NCBI GenBank assembly: GCA_963796965.1
Contig: CAWCNS010000007.1
Location: 256,001 to 320,000, forward strand
Length of the DNA stretch: 64,000 nucleotides
Direction of reading: 5' to 3'
Source: Calditrichia bacterium
GTDB taxonomy: Bacteria; Calditrichota; Calditrichia; JAJRVZ01
The notes below the pieces were generated by a model. That model worked only from the letters and a program-made list of their open reading frames with translations, was not told where the DNA came from and ran no database searches. Below are positions 32,414 through 43,024 of the stretch, piece by piece (position 1 is the stretch's first letter; each line of letters starts with the position of its first letter). The position numbers and the translations under genes were made by a program.

Positions 32414-32734
32414 AATCATTCCTGAAGTACCCGCCATATTCCTTTACACACATACAGATATTCTCGCAAAAACGAGGAAATATTTAATACAAAATTCAAA
32501 ATTGGTCAAATATTTATTTGAACCAGAAAAAACAATATTAAAAATCTATAAAATATTCATGGAATTTGAGATAATTCAGGCAATCCGTGTATATGTTTTC
32601 TTTGCGTCTCCGCGTCTTTGCGAGATATAATTTTTTACTTTTTTGATTTTTACGGAATAAAACCCCCTTGAAAAATCGTATTATGGACTGAGTATAATTA
32701 TCAAATCAAAATAAAAAGAAAAAGGAGAATAAAA

Positions 32735-33346
32735 ATGTCACACACATTACCCGAATTACCATACGCATATGATGCCTTAGAGCCCTATGTAGATAAACAA
32801 ACGATGGAGATTCATCACCAAAAACACCATGCCGCATATATTGCAAAACTCAATGCTGCCCTTGAATCTCATCCTGATCTTCAGGAAAAGAGTGTTGAAG
32901 ATTTATTAAAGAATTTATCAGCATTACCTGAAAGCATTCAAACGGCTGTCAGAAATAATGGCGGTGGTCACTATAATCACACCATATTCTGGAATATAAT
33001 GGGTCCGAACTCAGGTGGGGATCCCGCCGGTGACCTTTCTACAGCGATTGACGATAAATTTGGTTCATTTGCAGCCTTTAAAGAAGAGTTCGCCGGTGCT
33101 GCCGCAAATCGTTTTGGCAGCGGTTGGGCATGGTTAGTCTTGGATTCTTCCTCAAATCTGGCTGTTATGTCAAGTCCCAATCAGGACAATCCTGTATCCG
33201 AAGGTTTTAAACCTCTTATGGGGCTCGATGTTTGGGAGCATGCCTATTACCTGAAATACCAAAACCGCCGTCCAGAGTATATTGAGAATTGGTGGAATGT
33301 TGTAAATTGGCGTGTGGTCGGCGAGCGTTATGAATCGATGAAATAA
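32735..33346 (+). CDS. sodA: superoxide dismutase, Mn-type signature
   Basis: [36 protein letters not shown]. Confidence 0.95.
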   Translation: MSHTLPELPYAYDALEPYVDKQTMEIHHQKHHAAYIAKLNAALESHPDLQEKSVEDLLKNLSALPESIQTAVRNNGGGHYNHTIFWNIMGPNSGGDPAGDLSTAIDDKFGSFAAFKEEFAGAAANRFGSGWAWLVLDSSSNLAVMSSPNQDNPVSEGFKPLMGLDVWEHAYYLKYQNRRPEYIENWWNVVNWRVVGERYESMK

Positions 33347-33405
33347 TATAGTTTGATCATAAAGGGCAGGGTACCCTGGGTATCATAGTCCGAATTCCCT
33401 CATTT

Positions 33406-33431
33406 TAGTGGCCGTTATCCAGCGGCCACTA
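33406..33431 (+). terminator. GC-rich hairpin after sodA
   Basis: TAGTGGCCG...CGGCCACTA; weak U tail. Confidence 0.5.
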
Positions 33432-33605
33432 CTATTTACTGCAAATTCCGATTTTTTTAATACTCAAATCTTATTATCAGATCTAAATACACTTTTGTAC
33501 ATTTAAATATTCAGACTTTATTGCTAAATTCATTTAAATATCTTCAGACTTTATTTGTTTGTATTTTACATTATTTAAACAATTCTTAGCACACGGGAGG
33601 AATAT

Positions 33606-34310
33606 ATGCCTGGAGTCGGCACATTGCTTAATGTGATCACTGTATTAATAGGAGTACTGATTGGCCTCACATTACGTCATAGGTTAGGAGATACTTATAA
33701 GTCAATAATACTACAGGGTATTGGCCTCCTAACAATTGTGATAGGTATGCAGATGGCTCTAAATACTAAGAATATCCTAATCGTTTTATCTTCAGTTTTA
33801 TTGGGTGGATTAACAGGCCAAATCGCTAACCTTGATGATAAAATATCAAAATTTGCAGATTTTTTAAAAAAGAAATATGCCCGCGAAGACGATAAATTTT
33901 TTAGCGAAGGATTTATTACGGCCAGTATCATTTTTTGTATAGGACCTATGACTATTCTTGGGTCGATAAATGATGGATTGCGCGCTGATATTGATTTATT
34001 AGCCTTGAAATCGGTGTTGGATGGATTTACTTCTATTGCCTTAGCGGCATCTTTTGGTATAGGTGTTCTCTTTTCAATTTTTACAATTATTATTATTCAG
34101 GGCGGGATTACAGCATTAGCCTTCTTTTTTGATCAATTCCTGAACGACTATATGATAAATGAGATGACCGCAGTCGGTGGTATTCTTATTATTGGTATTG
34201 GGTTAATAATTTTAGATATCAAAAAAATTAATGTGGCAAACTTTATACCTGCTCTGGTATTTGCACCTTTTATTTCAGCAATTTATTTATACTTAAAGGG
34301 TATGATGTAG
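33606..34310 (+). CDS. DUF554 membrane protein
   Basis: GTLLNV, GFITASIIFCIGPMTILGSI, KSVLDGF, IQGGIT. Confidence 0.9.
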   Translation: MPGVGTLLNVITVLIGVLIGLTLRHRLGDTYKSIILQGIGLLTIVIGMQMALNTKNILIVLSSVLLGGLTGQIANLDDKISKFADFLKKKYAREDDKFFSEGFITASIIFCIGPMTILGSINDGLRADIDLLALKSVLDGFTSIALAASFGIGVLFSIFTIIIIQGGITALAFFFDQFLNDYMINEMTAVGGILIIGIGLIILDIKKINVANFIPALVFAPFISAIYLYLKGMM

Positions 34311-34454
34311 TTATATTTGTAACCAATTCATAAGCATTGCTGTTAAGTAAATGAAATAGTATATGGCGAAAGATTCGCGCTTAGCTAATTACAGTATGCT
34401 AATCTCTCTGCGCCATGCATGTTTAATACTTAAATTGTACGGATACAGTAAATA

Positions 34455-35789
34455 GTGAAAAAACTTGGTTTTGCGGCAACTTTAACTCTGGTTGTCGGTA
34501 ATATAATTGGTGTTGGAATATTTACAACAACAGGATACATAACCACTTACCTCGATTCACCTATTTTAATTCTCCTGGCCTGGTTGGTTGGGGCTTTCTA
34601 TGCTGTTTCTGGTGCACGGGTTTATAGCATATTAACAGCAGCTTATCCTCTGTCGGGTGGAGATTACCAATATTTAAATAGAGAGATTCACCCCCTTGCT
34701 GGGTATATTTTTGGCTGGTCTGCCTTCTTCATTACCTATTCCGGTTCAATTGCTGCACTTGCTATCGCCTCAGCCTATTATCTACTGGGAATTGTAAATA
34801 TCGCGAATGCTGACTATACTTTTATTCTCATTTCATTCGGTTCATATCAAGTGGAATATACCCATCTTAAAACGATTGCGATCTTATTGATATTTGTCTT
34901 TAGTTTTATAAACTACCGTGGTATTGCATTATCTGGAAAATACCAGATAAGTTTAACCTTTACTGTCTTTATTTTATTAGTTTTCTTTACTTTAGCAGGT
35001 TTTCTCTCTCCAAGTGCAGACTATGGATATTTATCAGTTGGCGTCTCTCGCCAGGTTGATCTATCTGGATTCTTAATTGCTTTAATAGCTGTTTTATTTT
35101 CATATTCTGGCTGGACAACCGCTGTCTATGTTGCCGAGGAGGTGGATAAACCCAGGGTAACCATACCCAGGGCGCTTCACCTAGGTGTAATTATAGTTGG
35201 GGGGCTGTATCTATTGATAAATTTTATTTATTTAATTTCGGTGCCTATAGAGGAAATGGAAGGAGTTGTTAACATTGCATCTTTGGTGTTTCAGAGATTA
35301 TGGGGCGATAAGGGTGCCCTGATAATTTCAATTATTATTTTGGTGGCAATATTTAGTTCTCTAAACTCAACTATACTATCAGGCCCTAGGATCTACCAGG
35401 CGATGGGGAGGGAAGGTCTGTTCTTCGGGAAAACTGAAAAACTTCATAGAATATATGGATCTCCTCATATAGCAATTTTTCTACAAATGTCTTGGAGCGT
35501 ATTACTCGTTATGAGCGGTGGCTTTAATCAACTATTATCGTTTGTTGTCTTCGTAATGATTCTATTTTCATTTATTGCAGCAATGATCAGCTTCAAAATC
35601 ATTTTGCGAAACAAGCAATTAAAAGGATTAAATTTGGCTGCAATTTCTTTTTATGGTCTTTTTTGCCTGATAATGATGATAAATACACTGGTTGAGAAGC
35701 CTACGGAGTCAGTTCTCGGTATTATTTTACTTTTACCGGCCCTACCTTTTTATTATTTTGAAAAGAAGGTGAGCCAGAAATGGAAATGA
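34455..35789 (+). CDS. APC-family amino acid permease
   Basis: GNIIGVGIF, GGDYQYL, FSYSGW, AEEVDKP, GPRIYQAM. Confidence 0.9.
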   Translation: MKKLGFAATLTLVVGNIIGVGIFTTTGYITTYLDSPILILLAWLVGAFYAVSGARVYSILTAAYPLSGGDYQYLNREIHPLAGYIFGWSAFFITYSGSIAALAIASAYYLLGIVNIANADYTFILISFGSYQVEYTHLKTIAILLIFVFSFINYRGIALSGKYQISLTFTVFILLVFFTLAGFLSPSADYGYLSVGVSRQVDLSGFLIALIAVLFSYSGWTTAVYVAEEVDKPRVTIPRALHLGVIIVGGLYLLINFIYLISVPIEEMEGVVNIASLVFQRLWGDKGALIISIIILVAIFSSLNSTILSGPRIYQAMGREGLFFGKTEKLHRIYGSPHIAIFLQMSWSVLLVMSGGFNQLLSFVVFVMILFSFIAAMISFKIILRNKQLKGLNLAAISFYGLFCLIMMINTLVEKPTESVLGIILLLPALPFYYFEKKVSQKWK

Positions 35790-35819
35790 TCTAAATATAA
35801 GATTTTATCGAATTTATAC

Positions 35820-35848
35820 TTGCAACGACTGTTATCATTATGTAAATT
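35820..35848 (+). promoter_or_regulatory. sigma70-like promoter of the rimP operon
   Basis: TTGCAA-N17-TAAATT. Confidence 0.55.
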
Positions 35849-35859
35849 TTCAAGTTATG

Positions 35860-35887
35860 AAAAGTGGGTTAAAATGCCCACTTTTTT
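35860..35887 (+). promoter_or_regulatory. rimP leader attenuator hairpin
   Basis: AAAAGTGGG-loop-CCCACTTTTTT just upstream of rimP, matching the conserved rimP-leader terminator. Confidence 0.8.
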
Positions 35888-35906
35888 GTTATGTAGAGAA
35901 TTGATA

Positions 35907-36359
35907 ATGAGTAGCAAAGAAACTGAAATATTCCAGTTGATTGAGCCGGTCTGCAATGATCAGGGTATTTTTTTATCAGATATCTCAATTCATAGCGGTG
36001 GTAAAAACACCACAGTTAAGGTAATTGTTGATACTGAACCTGGTGTTACGCTCAATCAATGTCAGGAATTAAGTAAAAAGATTGCGGATATATTTTACCG
36101 TAGGGACATGTTTAAGGGCGCCTATCGACTAGAGGTATCTTCTCCGGGAATAAATAAGCCCTTAGAACAGCCTTATGAATATAAACGGAACATTGGAAAG
36201 CAGTTGAAAGTTAACTATTTCAAGGGCAAGGATGAATGCTATGTTGAAGGAGATCTTCTTGCATATAATACGGAAGCAATTACTCTCAACTCTGATGGCA
36301 TGGAAATCCTGATTCCTTTAAAAGATATTGAACAGGCGAAAATTAAACTTAAATGGTAA
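35907..36359 (+). CDS. rimP: ribosome maturation factor RimP
   Basis: YRLEVSSPGINKPL; upstream of nusA. Confidence 0.92.
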   Translation: MSSKETEIFQLIEPVCNDQGIFLSDISIHSGGKNTTVKVIVDTEPGVTLNQCQELSKKIADIFYRRDMFKGAYRLEVSSPGINKPLEQPYEYKRNIGKQLKVNYFKGKDECYVEGDLLAYNTEAITLNSDGMEILIPLKDIEQAKIKLKW

Positions 36360-36383
36360 TAAATCTGGAGATCAGTAATATCA

Positions 36384-37652
36384 ATGAATAGTGAAATTAT
36401 TGAGGCAATTACTCAGATTGCCCGCGAAAAACGTATCGACAAAGATAATCTGCGCGATATGTTGGAAAATGTGTTCACTCAAATGATTGTAAAAAAATAC
36501 GGAACAGCTGATAATTTTGATGTGATTGTAAATATCGACAAGGGTGATATCGAGATTTATCAGGAAAAAACGATTGTTGAGGTTGTCGAGGATCCGGTTC
36601 AGGAGATTGACTTGCAGTCGGCAAGATTAATCGATCCGGATGCTGAAATTGGTGAAGATTTTGTTGAGGTTGTAAATCCTGAAGCATTTGGGAGAAGGTT
36701 GATTGTAACAGCCAAGCAGAATTTTAATCAGAAAATACGTGATTTTGAGAGAGAGCATATCCTGGAAGAATACCAAAATAGAATTGGTGAAATTATTATT
36801 GGTGATATACGCCAGGTGAGCAAGAGGGGACTTTTTATCAATGTGGACAAGACCGAAGTACTGTTGCCCAAAAGCGAGCAAATTCAGAATGAACGACTTC
36901 GCAGGGGTGATACGTTACGTGCAATTGTAAAAGAAGTCCGCAATGATACACGAGGTTCTGAGATAATTGTGTCTCGTGCCGATAAAAAGTTTTTAATTCG
37001 CCTCTTTGAACTCGAGGTACCAGAAATATATGATGGTATTGTCGAGATAAAGAATGTTGCCCGGGATGCTGGCGAGAGGTCTAAAATAGCCGTGGAGTCG
37101 ATTGACCGTCGCGTTGATGCCGTTGGTGCCTGTGTGGGGATGAAGGGTGTGCGCATTCAGGCAATAGTCCGTGAACTAAACAATGAAAAAATTGACATCA
37201 TTAATTTTTCTTCTGAGCCGGCAATCTTTGTTAGTCGGGCATTGACACCTGTTAAACCAGTAAAAATAATTGTTAATGATGACGATAAATTAGCCGTGGC
37301 AATCGTCGCTGATGAAGATATGGCACTTGCAATAGGCAGGAGTGGCCAAAATCTTAGGTTGGCATCGGCGCTAACAGGATACCAGATTGAACCGGTCAAA
37401 GAGAGTGAATATGAAGAGCAGGTGGATGAATCATACATGTCTATCGAAGAGATAGGAGGTCTGTCTGATGCTCTGGTGAAAAAATTGTCTGATGGTGATG
37501 TGCGAAGTAAGCGCGAGATATTAAAATTAGGTGTTGACGGTCTGGTTGGCGTGCCTGGGATTGGGGCCAAAACCGCGGAGAGGATACTCGAAATCGTAAG
37601 CAAATCATCAAATGAAGACAACGAGGAAGTAGAAAAAGAGTCGGCCGTTTAG
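36384..37652 (+). CDS. nusA: transcription factor NusA
   Basis: FGRR, FELEVPEI, GACVGMKG, AIGRSGQNLRLA. Confidence 0.97.
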   Translation: MNSEIIEAITQIAREKRIDKDNLRDMLENVFTQMIVKKYGTADNFDVIVNIDKGDIEIYQEKTIVEVVEDPVQEIDLQSARLIDPDAEIGEDFVEVVNPEAFGRRLIVTAKQNFNQKIRDFEREHILEEYQNRIGEIIIGDIRQVSKRGLFINVDKTEVLLPKSEQIQNERLRRGDTLRAIVKEVRNDTRGSEIIVSRADKKFLIRLFELEVPEIYDGIVEIKNVARDAGERSKIAVESIDRRVDAVGACVGMKGVRIQAIVRELNNEKIDIINFSSEPAIFVSRALTPVKPVKIIVNDDDKLAVAIVADEDMALAIGRSGQNLRLASALTGYQIEPVKESEYEEQVDESYMSIEEIGGLSDALVKKLSDGDVRSKREILKLGVDGLVGVPGIGAKTAERILEIVSKSSNEDNEEVEKESAV

Positions 37653-37732
37653 AGTTGTATTAAGAAAAGATATATATTCAAATTATCCATTAGGAGAAGT
37701 CTGGCAGGACTTTGTAAATCTTTGGAGTATCA

Positions 37733-40456
37733 ATGACAGTTGCAGTAAAGAAATACAAACTTTTTAAGGTTTGTAAAGAGTTAAATGTTGGCATGGACAC
37801 CGTTCGGCCTTTCTTGGAAGATAGGGGCCTAAAAGTCTCCGGACCCAATACGTCAATCCCTGAGGAAGTATATCAGGAGATACTGAAAAATTTTTCACGG
37901 GAAAAAGAGATTGCTGATCAATTGCATTTTCGTAAAAGCCATTCTGATGATGACGATCAACAAGATGTTGAAGCAACTTCTTCAAGTGAAGAGCCGGAAA
38001 AATCTATATATGTCCAGGCAATAGAACGATCTATTGAAGAGCGAATGGAAGAAATAATTCGTGATGAAGAGGTATCCGATTCTGCACCTGCCAAGAAAAA
38101 AACAAAATCAAAAAAAGAACCTGGCATTATTGAGGATGGCGAAGAATTTGGTGATGAGGTTGTAGAAAAAGCAAAAGAGATTATCGATGAGTCTGTCGAA
38201 GCACCTGTTATGGAGCAGCCCGATGAGAAAACAGAAGAGGTTACAGAGGATGTGACTAATCAGGGAGATGATGCTAAATCTGAAGTTTCAGAAGTTGTAA
38301 AAGAACCTGAAAAGAAAAAATCTGCCGTTCTCCGCAAGATTGATCTTGACAGTATAGAAGATGTCGATAAGAAAAAACGTAAAACAAAGGCAAAAGATAG
38401 AGTTGCGACAACCCGTGAAGATGCTAAAAAGGAAAAGGATGAAAAACGTCGCAAAGCATTGGAAATGATTCGCAAGGATGAAAAACGGAAAAAGCGAGTG
38501 CTGCGACCAGGAGAAACGGAGCAGGTCGAACAGCCTAAGCGCCAAAGAGCGAAAAAACAAAAGAGGAAATCTGTTGATCAGAAGGAAGTGCAGGATACGG
38601 TAAAAAAGACATTGGCGACGATCGATGATCGCCTGAAAAAACCAAGAAAGAGAAGAAAAATTAAAGAAGATACCGGCGAGGTTGTTGAAGAGAATATTAT
38701 TTACGCCAGTGAGTTTATTTCTGCAAGTGATTTGGCAAATCTCATGGATGTGCCTGCGGGTGAAATTATCACAAAATGTCTTGAGCTGGGTCTTGTGGTT
38801 TCTATAAATCAACGTCTGGACATCGATACAATAGAATTGCTTGCCGGTGAATGGGATTATACAGTTGTCAAAGAAGAAGAATATGCTGCAGATCTGCTGG
38901 AGGAGATTGAGGATCAGGATTCCGATCTTGAAGACAAAGATGTACGATCGCCGATTGTTACGATTATGGGCCATGTTGACCACGGTAAAACGTCACTACT
39001 TGATTTTATCCGTAAGACCAATGTCGTTGATGGAGAATCTGGAGGTATTACCCAGCATATTGGAGCCTATGAGGTTGATAGAGACGGTAATAAAATTACA
39101 TTCTTGGATACGCCGGGCCATGAAGCCTTTACGGCAATGAGAGCAAGAGGGGCTCAGGTAACGGATATCGTTATTTTGATCATTGCTGCTGATGATGAAG
39201 TGAAGCCACAAACCGACGAGGCGATTGATCATGCTAAAGCAGCGGGGGTAAAATTAATTATCGCTATTAATAAAATAGATAAGCCAGAGGCTAATACTGA
39301 AAGAATAAAACAACAGTCTTTCGGAAAGGAACATCCTTGTGGAAGACTGGGGTGGCGAGTACCAGATAGCAGAGATCTCTGCAAAAACAGGTGCCGGAAT
39401 CGATGAATTGCTGGAGAAGGTATTAGTGGAAGCCGATATGCTTGACCTTAAAGCCAATAAGAATAAAAAAGCTATTGGGACGGTTATTGAGTCCCGGTTG
39501 GATAAAGGAAAGGGTGTAATAGCCTCTGTGTTGGTTCAAAATGGGACTCTGAATATTGGTGATCCCTTTATTGCGGGTCAATATTCAGGAAAAGTTCGCG
39601 CATTGTTAAATGATTCAATGAGTCGTATCAAGTCCGCTGGTCCTTCCCAACCTGTTCAAGTGTTGGGTTTTGATGGTTTGCCTCAGGCGGGCGATCGATT
39701 TGTTGTTATGGCAGAGGAGCATTCCGTTAAAGAAATCAGCGCTAAACGTCAGCGTATTAAGCGGGAGCAGGATTTTAGACAGGTCAAACTGATTACCCTG
39801 GATCAGATTTCTGAGAGTATAAAAATTGGTGGAGTTAAAGAGACTTGGTGTGATTGTTAAAGCTGATGTTGATGGTTCGGCCGAAGCGTTGGCTGACTCC
39901 TTGTTGAAAATGAAGCACCCCGGAAGTCAATATACTTGTAATAAGAAAGGCTGTTGGCCCAATTTCTGAGTCCGATGTAATTTTAGCGACTGCATCAAAT
40001 GCGATTATTGTGGCATTCCACGTGCGTGCCAATAATAAAGCGAAAGAAATGGCAGTTAATGAAAAAGTGGAAATTCGCTACTATAAAGTTGTTTATGATG
40101 CCATTAATGATGTTCGTCTTGCCTTGGAAGGATTACTTGGTACAGAAAAGACAGAAGAAAATGTTGGTACGGTTGAAATTAGAGAGACATTTAAAATATC
40201 TACGATTTGGAACAATTGCCGGATGTCAGGTTAAATCCGGGAAAATAACCCGAAACTCAAGAATTCGTTTATTTCGTGATGATGTCGAAGTATATGAGGG
40301 TACATTGAGTCCCTGAAACGCTTTAAAGATGACGCCAAAGAGGTCCTTTCAGGGTTTGAATGCGGTCTGCAAATTCATAATTACAATGATATCAAAGTAG
40401 GTGATATTATTGAGGTTTTTGAGATAAAAGAAACAAAACGAACACTTGACGGTTAG
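37733..40456 (+). CDS. infB: translation initiation factor IF-2 (several frameshifts between 39320 and 40315)
   Basis: [38 protein letters not shown]; ends ETKRTLDG*. Confidence 0.97.
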
Positions 40457-40460
40457 AAAA

Positions 40461-40742
40461 ATGCACGTTGGCGTACTGGTCATTGAAATAATGATATATT
40501 CGAGTAGTTCTCTTAAAGAAAAGAGATTTGTGCTCAACAGTATCAGAGATCGGGTAAAAAGGAAATTTAATGTTTCCATTTCTGAAATTGGATACCAGGA
40601 TAAGTGGCAAAGAGCACAAATTGGAATTGCCACCATTAGTAATGAATATTCCCATACAGAGCAATCGTTGCAGAAAGTGTTCCAATTTTTAGATCGTTCT
40701 GATGATTATGAAATAATTTCTTACGATTATAGTTATTCTTAA
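40461..40742 (+). CDS. DUF503 (YlxP) protein
   Basis: SLKEKR, KFNVSISE, QDKWQRA; between infB and rbfA. Confidence 0.9.
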   Translation: MHVGVLVIEIMIYSSSSLKEKRFVLNSIRDRVKRKFNVSISEIGYQDKWQRAQIGIATISNEYSHTEQSLQKVFQFLDRSDDYEIISYDYSYS

Positions 40743-40743
40743 T

Positions 40744-41106
40744 ATGACAGAAACAAATAGAAGATCACAGAAGGTTGCCAGCCAAATTAAAGAAAACCTG
40801 AGCTGGCTAATCGAGCATCAATTTAGGGATCCGGGTAAAGGATTTGTTACTGTTACCAAAGTCCGCCTTTCTCCTGACCTGAAGATAGCAAATGTATATT
40901 ATTCTGTTTTGGGAAAATCTGAGGATCGTAATTCTACCGATAAGGCGTTAAAAAGGGGCAGATCCTATTTGCGTCGTGAATTAGGCAATAGAGTAAAACT
41001 TCGGTTTTTACCGGAATTGAGATTTTTTTACGATGATTCGTTAGAGTATTCTGATAGAATTGCCCAATTGCTGAATAAGATACATAAAAATGAGAATAAT
41101 CAGTAA
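40744..41106 (+). CDS. rbfA: ribosome-binding factor A
   Basis: VTVTKVRLSPDLKIANVY, LRFLPELRFFYD. Confidence 0.95.
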   Translation: MTETNRRSQKVASQIKENLSWLIEHQFRDPGKGFVTVTKVRLSPDLKIANVYYSVLGKSEDRNSTDKALKRGRSYLRRELGNRVKLRFLPELRFFYDDSLEYSDRIAQLLNKIHKNENNQ

Positions 41107-41794
41107 AGATACAATTGATTCTCACCGGGACAAGACGGCTGATAATATCATACTCATTGATAAGCCGGAAGGCTGGTCCTCATTTGATGTTGTAAAAAAA
41201 ATCAGATATTTGACGGGGATAAAAAAAGTAGGGCATGGCGGTACCCTCGATCCTTTTGCCACAGGGCTGCTGATCATTGGTACAGGGAGGCAAACCAAGT
41301 CTCTTACCGGGATAAGCAATGCAGCGAAGGAGTACATGGCCGGAATTGAAATGGGAAAAAGTACTGACACATATGATGGTACAGGTGAAATTAAAGAGTC
41401 TTTTCCCGATACAGATCTGTCAAAAATTGATTTCGAAGCCGTGTTGAGCTCATTTAAAGGAGAAATTGAACAGATCCCACCAATGTTTTCAGCAAAAAAA
41501 ATTAATGGAAAACGCTTGTACAAACTTGCACGACAGGGTAAAGAAGTAGAGAGAAAACCTCAGAAAATAATTATATACGATATCTGGGAAGAGGGTAGGG
41601 ACAAGTCTCTCATAGATGTTTATGTTAAATGCTCAAAAGGTACTTATGTTCGTAGCCTGGCGCACGATATCGGACGTCAATGTGATAGCGGGGCCTTTCT
41701 TCGAACATTAAGACGAACGGCTGTGGATGATTTTCGTATCGAGGACGCACTGTCAATTCAGGTTTTTGAGCAATATTGGAAGAATTTGAATTAG
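41090..41794 (+). CDS. truB: tRNA pseudouridine(55) synthase
   Basis: KVGHGGTLDPFATG, QIPPMFSA, CSKGTYVRSLA. Confidence 0.96.
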   Translation: MRIISKDTIDSHRDKTADNIILIDKPEGWSSFDVVKKIRYLTGIKKVGHGGTLDPFATGLLIIGTGRQTKSLTGISNAAKEYMAGIEMGKSTDTYDGTGEIKESFPDTDLSKIDFEAVLSSFKGEIEQIPPMFSAKKINGKRLYKLARQGKEVERKPQKIIIYDIWEEGRDKSLIDVYVKCSKGTYVRSLAHDIGRQCDSGAFLRTLRRTAVDDFRIEDALSIQVFEQYWKNLN

Positions 41795-41797
41795 ATT

Positions 41798-42724
41798 ATG
41801 GAAGTAATATTTGGATTAGATAAGGAAATTACCGGTAAGAAATCAGTTTTAACTGTAGGTACCTTTGACGGAATTCACCTAGGGCATAGAGAGATCATAA
41901 AAGAGTTATTATCGATTGCCAAAGAAAGGGATTTAATATCTTCATTACTGACCTTTGAGCCCCATCCAAAAACAGTTGTCCAGGAATCACCGCATCGCAT
42001 TAAATTATTAACAACATTAGAAGAGAAGTTGGAAATTTTACATCAAATTGGTCTTGAGCGTGTCATTATAGCAAAATTTTCACGTGAATTCTCTGAAATG
42101 AATTACAAGGCATTTGTCGAAGAAATCTTATTGAATCGGTTGAAATCTGCCCATATAATAATTGGATATGATCATTCTTTTGGTAGAAATCGTGTGGGAA
42201 ATTTTAGAGAATTAGAGAACCTGAGTAATCTTTATTCTTTTAATTTAGAGGAGGTTGGCCCCTTTAAAATTGACAACCAGACAGTAAGTAGCACCCGCAT
42301 AAGGGCTTATATCGATGATGGTGATATGGAAAGCGCATCTAAAATGCTCGGCCACCGCTATTTTCTGGAAGGAATTGTCATTAAGGGGGAGGGCCGGGGG
42401 CAACGCTTATCTTTCCCAACTGCCAACCTCATGATCGAGAATCAAAATAAATTGATGCCCAAAGAGGGCGTATATGTTGTAGAATGTGACGTACAAGGCG
42501 ATAAATATCGCGGTATGGCTAATATAGGGTTTAAACCAACATTTGGAGGAGCCAGTCGCACGGTTGAGGTTCATATCTTTGATTTTAATAAAGATATTTA
42601 TGGAGAGAAAATTTCTGTATATTTTATTATGCGACTCCGAGATGAAGTGAAATTTGAAAATGAAAAACAATTGATAAAACAATTAAATATTGATAAAGAA
42701 AATAGTTATAAAATAAAAAATTAA
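41798..42724 (+). CDS. ribF: bifunctional riboflavin kinase / FAD synthetase
   Basis: [33 protein letters not shown]. Confidence 0.96.
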   Translation: MEVIFGLDKEITGKKSVLTVGTFDGIHLGHREIIKELLSIAKERDLISSLLTFEPHPKTVVQESPHRIKLLTTLEEKLEILHQIGLERVIIAKFSREFSEMNYKAFVEEILLNRLKSAHIIIGYDHSFGRNRVGNFRELENLSNLYSFNLEEVGPFKIDNQTVSSTRIRAYIDDGDMESASKMLGHRYFLEGIVIKGEGRGQRLSFPTANLMIENQNKLMPKEGVYVVECDVQGDKYRGMANIGFKPTFGGASRTVEVHIFDFNKDIYGEKISVYFIMRLRDEVKFENEKQLIKQLNIDKENSYKIKN

Positions 42725-42740
42725 TTATTTGGAGGAAAAA

Positions 42741-43010
42741 ATGTCGTTGAACCAAGATCAGAAAAAAGAAGTTGTAAAAAAGTTCGGCGAAAGTGACGTA
42801 GACACCGGCAAAACTGAAGTGCAGGTGGCATTACTCTCAGAAAGAATTAAATATCTTACTGAACACTTTAAAACCCATAAAAAGGATCATCATTCACGGC
42901 GTGGGTTGTTGAAATTGGTAGGGCAGAGACGTCGTCTTCTCGACTATCTGGCAAAAAAAGACATTACACGTTACCGGAGCCTGGTAAAAGAACTTGGCAT
43001 TAGGCGGTAG
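42741..43010 (+). CDS. rpsO: 30S ribosomal protein S15
   Basis: [30 protein letters not shown]. Confidence 0.98.
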   Translation: MSLNQDQKKEVVKKFGESDVDTGKTEVQVALLSERIKYLTEHFKTHKKDHHSRRGLLKLVGQRRRLLDYLAKKDITRYRSLVKELGIRR

Positions 43011-43024
43011 AAACTGGAGGAAAA

